Source of the DNA: Mayamaea pseudoterrestris
Taxonomy: Eukaryota
Assembly (NCBI GenBank): GCA_027923505.1
Contig: BROI01000029.1
Span: 1-64,000 of the forward strand
Direction of reading: 5' to 3'
Length of the DNA stretch: 64,000 bases
Made by a program: the position numbers and the translations under genes. Shown piece by piece: positions 57,166 through 64,000 of the stretch. The number at the start of each line of letters is the position of its first letter. The stretch's first letter is position 1. The notes under the pieces were generated by a model, which made no database searches, was not told the DNA's origin, and was given only the letters and a program-made list of their open reading frames with translations.

Positions 57166-58847
57166 TCATCGATTGTTGTTGTTACTTTTACGTTTCAATG
57201 TGACCAATGATTGACGAGGATTATATTGTAGGCGAGCTAGAAGCGACTGATTCTATTCACTGTCACATACTCACGATCACAATATTCATACATCCTTTAC
57301 TTTCAAATATCTATGTTCATCTTGCAGCTCGTCGCCTGCTTATCGTTTTATTGGCTTTGCGCTCAACACACGCTGATCTACCATCCACCATCCACTCAGC
57401 CAGCAGCACCAATTCGATCAAACTCGCGAGACGAGACTGTCAATCCAGGAGCATTCATATTGTATAAGAAACAAAAGTAAATACACATTAACGCAGTCTG
57501 AGAGCTCTTCATCAGTTCGTTGCTGAGTGGCAGGCACATGTTCATGACTTGTTTGCTAGCTTGACGCGAGTACCCTCTTTACGCCAACATACACGGGCAA
57601 GGGACGCTGCAGCTGCACAAAGGCTCTCAAGTCGTTTCGAAACAAGGCGGCTCGAGTCGCGTTGGAGTCGTTCAATCGACTGATAACTGGATTGAAAATA
57701 CCTTGTGAATCGACAAGTAGCCAGACAAAGCTTGGTCCAATGTTTCGTTCGGATAAGCTCTTGTTGATCCATTTTTTCTCACCTACCGCGACTTACCCTT
57801 TCCAAGCATCGCCAAATTGTAGTGAAAGAAGCTCTCTTCGATGCAAACCTCATCGACTTGTGCAGAAAATCCTCTCAATAGCATGGGTGCATCAGCCAAT
57901 GGTAGCGACACATTCTGGCGGATGCGTATCGTAAATCGACGCGAGCCAGAGAAGGGCGACGCAGACCATTATTTAGTTTCTTCTTGGAAAAGTCCTTTCG
58001 GTAAATTTGAATACGTTCGTGCTGCAAAGTCGCAAGGCTCGCTTATAATTCCTTCCGGCAGGAAGTTCGATACATGAGCTTAGTGGTTTGCGACAATGAT
58101 GTTTTGGTGCCGCCCATAGACTTCTTCCAAGTGCACTTATTTTTCAGGCTGTAGACTAGACCAGTCGAGTAGGAGTATTAGATACGTCGTGGCCGCCTTT
58201 GGTGGCAAAGTCAACGACGGGCGACTAAAGTAAGTCACTTGTATTCGCATCATTGCTCAGGAGAGCGGGAGCCGCGACATATTTTCGGTCGAATCGTATC
58301 GGAATGACAGTGTTCCTCGCAGGAAACGGAAGGTTCCTTGATGTTGCTTTGTCAGCAGCAGAGCGCCACGGTGAATGGTAAATCATATGCATAAGGACTG
58401 GCTGGAGTAGGCAGGCGAGTAAAGGCGCCCATTGTTGTCCTCAAAGTGGAGCTGCTTGCAGTAACAAGAACACGAGGATCGTCATATCACCTTTAATACA
58501 TCTTGACTGGGGCAGCTGTCCTATCTTGTCATTACAAGTAGAAGAGAAAGGTGATGCGTCCCTTCAGATATCATGAATCTTTACATATTGTCGATTTCAG
58601 CGTCTCTATTTAGCCTGGCTATGGAACATCTAGATATTTTGGACATGTATTCTTTATTAAAAAAGATCTGAAGCAGTAGTTTTGGTTTTACCGGAAGCAC
58701 AATGACGACGACTCGTCGAAAGTCCCATGGTGGAAGAAGACAAGAGCATTAACTTTTGTCACGCGCTGTCGTACCGCGTCACAGTGTGTACCGCTCCGAC
58801 TCATGTGACAGCCAAGCAATCTCGCAGTTCATTCTTTCAAATTGACC

Positions 58848-60548
58848 ATGAGGATCCGCGGCACCAGACTGCTGCTACAAATGGCATTTTCCTTGACATT
58901 ACTGCGGTCTACGCGTTGCTGGACGTCCAAGTCAATACGATTATCAATATCGGCGCGCCAAACGCAATGCTTCTCCACCTCGGCCTCCACACATCATCAT
59001 TCTTCTTCCGACGATAATGCAGCGCAAAGTAACAACATTTTCGCCGATGATTCCGTGTCTTTTGAAAGCATGGGAGTCACTTCTACAGTATTGATGTCTC
59101 GCATAAAAGCTCTGGGACTGGAACGACCGACGGCTGTCCAAGCCGCCTCGTTTGAAACCATTGCGTCTGGATCAGATGTCACAATTGGCGCCGAGACGGG
59201 ATCCGGCAAGACTCTAGCCTATCTGCTACCTCTTTTGAACGAAATATTCATATCGAAACAAGATGGAAAGCTGGCAACTTATGACTATGCTCGAGCCTTG
59301 ATATTGGTGCCAAACAAGGAGCTTGTTCAGCAAGTGGCGCGCATGGCCAAGAGTCTTGCGGGCGACGCTTTCATTGATGATGCTTCTGACACAATTCGAC
59401 TGGCAGTCATGCCAGGTGGTTTGCAGGAACCACTCGACTTTCGTCCCTTTCGCGAGTCCATTGGCTTGGGAGGCAAGGAACCTCCTATTGACTTGGTCAT
59501 TTCGACCCCAGCGTCGGTTGGGCCGTTAGCGTTGAAACCCAAGCACATTGACTTGTTTGCCGACATTCAAACACTCGTCGTTGACGAAGCTGACATGCTT
59601 CTGGATGGAGGCTACTTGCGACAGCTCAATGATGTTTTGATGGGATTTCGACGAGCAGATCGACTCGCCATGTCTATGAACAGTGGAAGTGATGATGAGC
59701 ATGATGCTACTATCGATAATAATAATCCGCTCATTGTCAAAAAGACGCAGCACGTTTTTGTTGCTGCAACTTTACCAGACAGCGGTCTCCGCAGCGTCGA
59801 TGCCTACCTTTCCAAGCGCTTTCCTTATGCAAAACGAGTTACAATGAAAGGTATGCACAGTGCAAGGCACTATGGCTTGGCGCAAAAGACGGAATGGCTC
59901 CTGGTCGAGGAAAAGAAGGACCGCCTTCAGCAGCTCGTACAGCTATTGAATAGGCCACACGAGGACGGTGGCTTGATTGGTGAAAAGGTCATGGTATTTT
60001 TGAACAGCGTCGAAGATGTGGACAATGTACACGACGCATTCACTCGAGCCAATGTTGAGTCGCTTCCGTATCACGCCAAAATGACGCTAGAGGAACGAAC
60101 GGCAGCATTGGATCGGTTCCGCAAGTATGATCCTGCCAATGAAAATGGCAGCAAAAGTGAGGATAGCGTCGGAGTCTTGGTGTGCACCGACTTGGCCAGT
60201 CGCGGACTGGACGTTCCACACGTGAGCGTTGTCGTCCAGCTCCAGTTTGCCGGCAATGTTGTTTCGCACTTGCATCGCATGGGTCGATGCGGCCGCGCGG
60301 GTCGACGGAATGGGCGTGGCATTGTATTCTACGGAGAAAAGGAAGAAGAATTGGTGGAAGTTGTTCGCATGGCGGAGAATGAACATGAAAAGATGACACT
60401 GGAGCAAAATGTTGATATTGACGACGACGAAGATGATGATGCTGCTGCTGGTACAGTGCAGAAGGCGTTCAGCCGGAAGCGAGGGTTCACCAAGAAGCGA
60501 AAGAAGCTTCGACGAGAAGGCGAGACGGAAACTGTTAATCGAGACTGA
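58848..60548 (+). CDS. DEAD-box RNA helicase, organellar (plant RH22-like)
   Basis: Q motif PTAVQ, AETGSGKT, DEAD, AATLP, TDLASRGLD, HRMGRCGRAG. N-terminal targeting-like extension. Confidence 0.9.
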   Translation: MRIRGTRLLLQMAFSLTLLRSTRCWTSKSIRLSISARQTQCFSTSASTHHHSSSDDNAAQSNNIFADDSVSFESMGVTSTVLMSRIKALGLERPTAVQAASFETIASGSDVTIGAETGSGKTLAYLLPLLNEIFISKQDGKLATYDYARALILVPNKELVQQVARMAKSLAGDAFIDDASDTIRLAVMPGGLQEPLDFRPFRESIGLGGKEPPIDLVISTPASVGPLALKPKHIDLFADIQTLVVDEADMLLDGGYLRQLNDVLMGFRRADRLAMSMNSGSDDEHDATIDNNNPLIVKKTQHVFVAATLPDSGLRSVDAYLSKRFPYAKRVTMKGMHSARHYGLAQKTEWLLVEEKKDRLQQLVQLLNRPHEDGGLIGEKVMVFLNSVEDVDNVHDAFTRANVESLPYHAKMTLEERTAALDRFRKYDPANENGSKSEDSVGVLVCTDLASRGLDVPHVSVVVQLQFAGNVVSHLHRMGRCGRAGRRNGRGIVFYGEKEEELVEVVRMAENEHEKMTLEQNVDIDDDEDDDAAAGTVQKAFSRKRGFTKKRKKLRREGETETVNRD

Positions 60549-60572
60549 TAGCAATGACCTTATAGAGTAGAT

Positions 60573-61523
60573 CTACTTCCTTCGACTGGATCTTGTAGGT
60601 TGTCTTCGAGTCGGTTCCTCCTTTGGCAATCCTGCGTGTTCTCCCTCATCCTTGTCCACTTCCATGTCGTCGTCGTCTTCATCCTCCTCCTCATCCTCTT
60701 CGTCCTTCTCCACCTCATCAATTGACTCCTCCCTTTCCTTCTTGTAGTTATTTTTGGGCGACGGCCGGCGTGGCTTGCTTCTACTTGACTCCTCTTCTAT
60801 TTCCTTTGTTGCTGCAGTGGCTCCCTTGTCCTTGTTAAGCTTGGCTAGAAAGTTGAGTGCACTTGGCGGAGGAGCCATGACTGTTTGGGCAGAAGCAGCA
60901 GCACCAGCTTTGTTACTCGTCGGAGATAAAGGCCTTGCTACTCCTGAAGCAGTTCGTTGCATCTTGTGCACTCCGCCTCGCTGCTTCATAATGTGTTTGT
61001 CGTTGGAGGATGAATCACTATCATGTTTTGGTTGCTGCTGCTGCTGCTGCTGCTGCTGCGACAAGTCAATTCGAGAAATCTTGCCTCGCATCGGGGCAGT
61101 CGCCGGTCTCGTCATGATGCGTCCCTTGGCAGCCACCAAGTTCTTGGCGTTGGCTGTCGATCCCATCATGCCTTGTCCTCCTCGCATCATCATGGACCCT
61201 TGATAGGGTAGTCCTCGATTCACCTGCATCATGCTGCTTGTGTGCGAGTCTCGCTTCACTGCTAGCGTCGACAATTTCGGAACATCCATTGGAGCGTCTC
61301 GATTGACAATGGCGACAGCCTTGCTGCACTTTTCGTATAGTGACTGAAGCTTTTCCGACGCGTCTGGAGCATTTGAAAGGACCATGGAACAGGCTTGGTT
61401 CATTGTTTCGACGGAAAGAAGCTTGACAGCCTCCAAATACTCTGGCGTCAAACCTAGTGATCCAGCCAATGGAGGTTTGATCATTGACCTGTCCATGGGA
61501 GGAGGTGCTTTGCGTGATGCCAT
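60573..61523 (-). CDS. Hypothetical protein with polyQ and acidic C-terminus
   Basis: ORF from MASRKAPP (61523). PolyQ tract at ~61030-61059. No recognised domain. Confidence 0.7.
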   Translation of the reverse strand: MASRKAPPPMDRSMIKPPLAGSLGLTPEYLEAVKLLSVETMNQACSMVLSNAPDASEKLQSLYEKCSKAVAIVNRDAPMDVPKLSTLAVKRDSHTSSMMQVNRGLPYQGSMMMRGGQGMMGSTANAKNLVAAKGRIMTRPATAPMRGKISRIDLSQQQQQQQQQPKHDSDSSSNDKHIMKQRGGVHKMQRTASGVARPLSPTSNKAGAAASAQTVMAPPPSALNFLAKLNKDKGATAATKEIEEESSRSKPRRPSPKNNYKKEREESIDEVEKDEEDEEEDEDDDDMEVDKDEGEHAGLPKEEPTRRQPTRSSRRK

Positions 61524-62128
61524 GATATGATGAGGGATGTGTAGTTGTAAGTTGTAATGAGTAACGAAGATGTCATCATCTGAAATGATTTGAAAGTGAC
61601 GATGAATTGAATCGTGTCGTACCAAATGGTGCTACGACATATACTGGAGCTATGTATGTAAGCGTCTCCCTTCAGTTTATATTGTAGGGCACTGACAGCT
61701 AGAGAAAAGCTCAATGTAAAATGGAAGCGATTGCAGTAAAGTATACCGCATATCTCTACAGTAACATCACATCATGATCATGTCAGCAAAGTCGCACATC
61801 TCTACGATCAAGTCAGTGCCACTACATTGTTTCAAAGCACGTACCTAAGCACTTATATATCACCGGGAAGATCAAGCCAAAGCCTCAAAGGAAAGTCAAA
61901 ACGAACGTAAACACCGATGGCAGCCGATGGGAGCATGATGGTTCGAGCTGCGAAAACTGCAACGCAATGGGATTATGGCATGGAGGTACGATCGTCCGCT
62001 AGGTCAAGCAAGTTGTTGATTCAAAGGGAAATAACGAAACGAGATAAGTTAAAGTAGTGGTATTGATCTTACAAAATTATGTAGTAGATTTATCAAGATG
62101 GTGATGAACATCATTTAAAATAATTCAA

Positions 62129-63178
62129 TCACTTATTGACTGCTTCCTCGAGTTCTTGCTCACGAAGTGTCACTCGGCGCTGCAGTTCGCCGATCGTTTC
62201 CACAGGTTGCGCCGCCGTCCGCTGGTTGTTCCGGCTAATGTGCTTCATAGCCGAGCGAATGGCTTGAGCTGATTCCTGATCTTCCAGAACGAGTGTCACG
62301 TGCTTCTGCAGTGTACCATGACGACGAATCGTTTGAAAGTGAGGCAATGCAACCTCTCGCTCGCTGCGCATTGACATGCGTCGCAACGCCGCCAATGTCT
62401 TGTCATGCTCGGCCGTCATGGCGGCATTATCCTTGTTTTCTTCGCGAGCCTTCTCGACTTGCACGGTCAAACTCGCAATGAGTTCCTTGAAGGCAAACAA
62501 TGGAATGTTTTGACGCAGCACCTCAGCTTCCTCCTCTCGCTCGAAGCCTCCAAACTCCTTGCTTTCAATGTAGCGCTTGGTCGCCCATGCCACATACTTG
62601 GCATGCAGCTGAAATAGGAATCGAATAGGAAAAAGTCCTTCAAAGTGCTCGCCATGATGATACACCTCGCAAGTGCCATCCGTCTTGCGATTGTATCCAA
62701 AATTCTGAGTCATTTGCCAGAGCAGTAGATTGCCAAACGGTGACACCTCCTTGAATTGCTCGCGCTTGTTGAACCATGCAATAGTATCTGGCTCGCCGTC
62801 TCCATCTGTATCTTCCTCCCGCTCCTGAAACTCAATGGAAACTTCCAAATGGCCTGGACCCGTAAGTCCCCACGCGTGAATGACTCCATCGTCGTCAAAC
62901 GTGCTGCCGCGCATCATAAAGTTTACCATGAATGGAAAGATGCAAAAAATTTCCATAAAGTCTTCGCTCCCGTAAAAGTCTGCCAAGTCTTCCGACTTTT
63001 TCATTGTGACAAATCGGTGGTCGAAAAAGTCCTGGGCGGTTCCAAATTTCTTTTGGAGGCCGTAGCAGAGAATGCCGGCACCTGCGAGCTGCGCAAAGCG
63101 TTTGCCAGCCGAGTTGCTCTGCATCATGCGAGGAAGGAGACTCTTACCAAGCGTCCGTAATCGAAGAGCAGTCGCCAT
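62129..63178 (-). CDS. Hypothetical protein with mitochondrial-type presequence
   Basis: 349-aa ATG-initiated ORF with Arg/Leu-rich N-terminus (MATALRLRTLGKSLLPR) and a globular-looking core. Confidence 0.75.
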   Translation of the reverse strand: MATALRLRTLGKSLLPRMMQSNSAGKRFAQLAGAGILCYGLQKKFGTAQDFFDHRFVTMKKSEDLADFYGSEDFMEIFCIFPFMVNFMMRGSTFDDDGVIHAWGLTGPGHLEVSIEFQEREEDTDGDGEPDTIAWFNKREQFKEVSPFGNLLLWQMTQNFGYNRKTDGTCEVYHHGEHFEGLFPIRFLFQLHAKYVAWATKRYIESKEFGGFEREEEAEVLRQNIPLFAFKELIASLTVQVEKAREENKDNAAMTAEHDKTLAALRRMSMRSEREVALPHFQTIRRHGTLQKHVTLVLEDQESAQAIRSAMKHISRNNQRTAAQPVETIGELQRRVTLREQELEEAVNK

Positions 63179-64000
63179 GGTCGGTAAAGTATTTATTCGT
63201 TGATTTTGTTGGTCGTTTCGTGTGATGGAATTGTGCGAACTGGTGAATCGGAAAGGGCCTCACGCCACGACGAATGACCCAAGGAACGTCTGGGAACGTC
63301 ACGTGATTCCTCGATGTTCTTTTTCACTATAGCTTACACTGTACTGAGTGACGCAGTTGAATAACTCAATGGTGTTTGATGAGTGTACTTTTGTGCTCTC
63401 CGGCGGGCGGAATAAACTACCGGTAGCTATGTACCGGCGGTGTGCCTTTCCAGTTTCGCTATCCTTTCGCTTTATTTCATAGCCATCCCAGGACGACCTT
63501 GCTCCCGAATAATTCGCCTTTTACTAGGCATACCAGCTTCCCGATAATCGCAAGTAGACGACGTATCATAGTACCAAAGTTCCGCCAAATCGATCACATT
63601 GATTCATAGACGCCATCGAGTCTCTGCTCGAGGCTCCACACGCTCGACTTTTGCTGGAACTTAACGATAGCATGAACAGTCGATCTCAACTTCCCCAATC
63701 GCACGCCTGCCCAGCTCGCCCTTCCAGGCCCCGCTAGAGTCCCTCACGCCTGTTCTACTATAAGTCGAAGACGGCATAGAGTTGGCAGGGAGTGTTTCGC
63801 GCTGAGGCACCAATGCCATGTTACCCCATGCTAAAATCTCTGCGTCTTGAGCCGCTTCAAGTCCACGATGGCAATTTGCTCCGAGGTAAAAGCGGTATGG
63901 TTTCACAAGGTGAGCAAGCCTCAATCCAGGACGTCAAAGGCTTGGAATCTCAAACAAAGCCGCCACGGGAGGCTCACGATCTGGAAGAGTTGGTTTTCCA

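Noticed and set aside
57200..58800. Short ORFs in long intergenic stretches (also 24700-25750 and 44450-45650)
   Set aside because: No recognisable motifs or consistent exon structure. 44450-45650 is plausibly promoter and 5' UTR of the CBP gene.
63600..64000. Gene at the right edge (minus ORF 63661-63924, or plus-frame LRR-like LKSLRLEPL…LEELVF)
   Set aside because: Both frames contain nearby in-frame stops and the region is truncated. It may be a pseudogene but cannot be supported from this window.

Overview
Gene-dense eukaryotic nuclear DNA, very likely from a diatom or related photosynthetic stramenopile. Evidence: short GT-AG introns, bipartite signal peptide + ASAF-type plastid presequences, HA-domain repeat protein, CBP/p300 with several TAZ domains. 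About 23 protein genes are supported, including Ku70, importin-5-like, RNA polymerase AC40, DNAJC9-like, glutathione reductase, CBP/p300, MGMT, a DEAD-box helicase and fibrillin. The non-genic structure is the most striking part. (1) Two nucleosome-length satellite arrays (174 bp x ~16; 168 bp x ~25) lie between ordinary genes. Both show strong CpG->TpG/CpA decay and higher-order duplication, share possible distant similarity, and one runs into the C-terminal remnant of an LRR-type gene. (2) A dispersed 42-bp minisatellite occurs as three co-oriented arrays just upstream of genes; nearly every unit carries a conserved ACGTCA (TGACGT, bZIP/aureochrome-type) site. (3) A spliced 47-aa microprotein gene is missed by the ORF track. 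(4) A thylakoid-lumen protein gene carries a single in-frame TGA. Family names are assigned from recognised motifs only; no database search was run.
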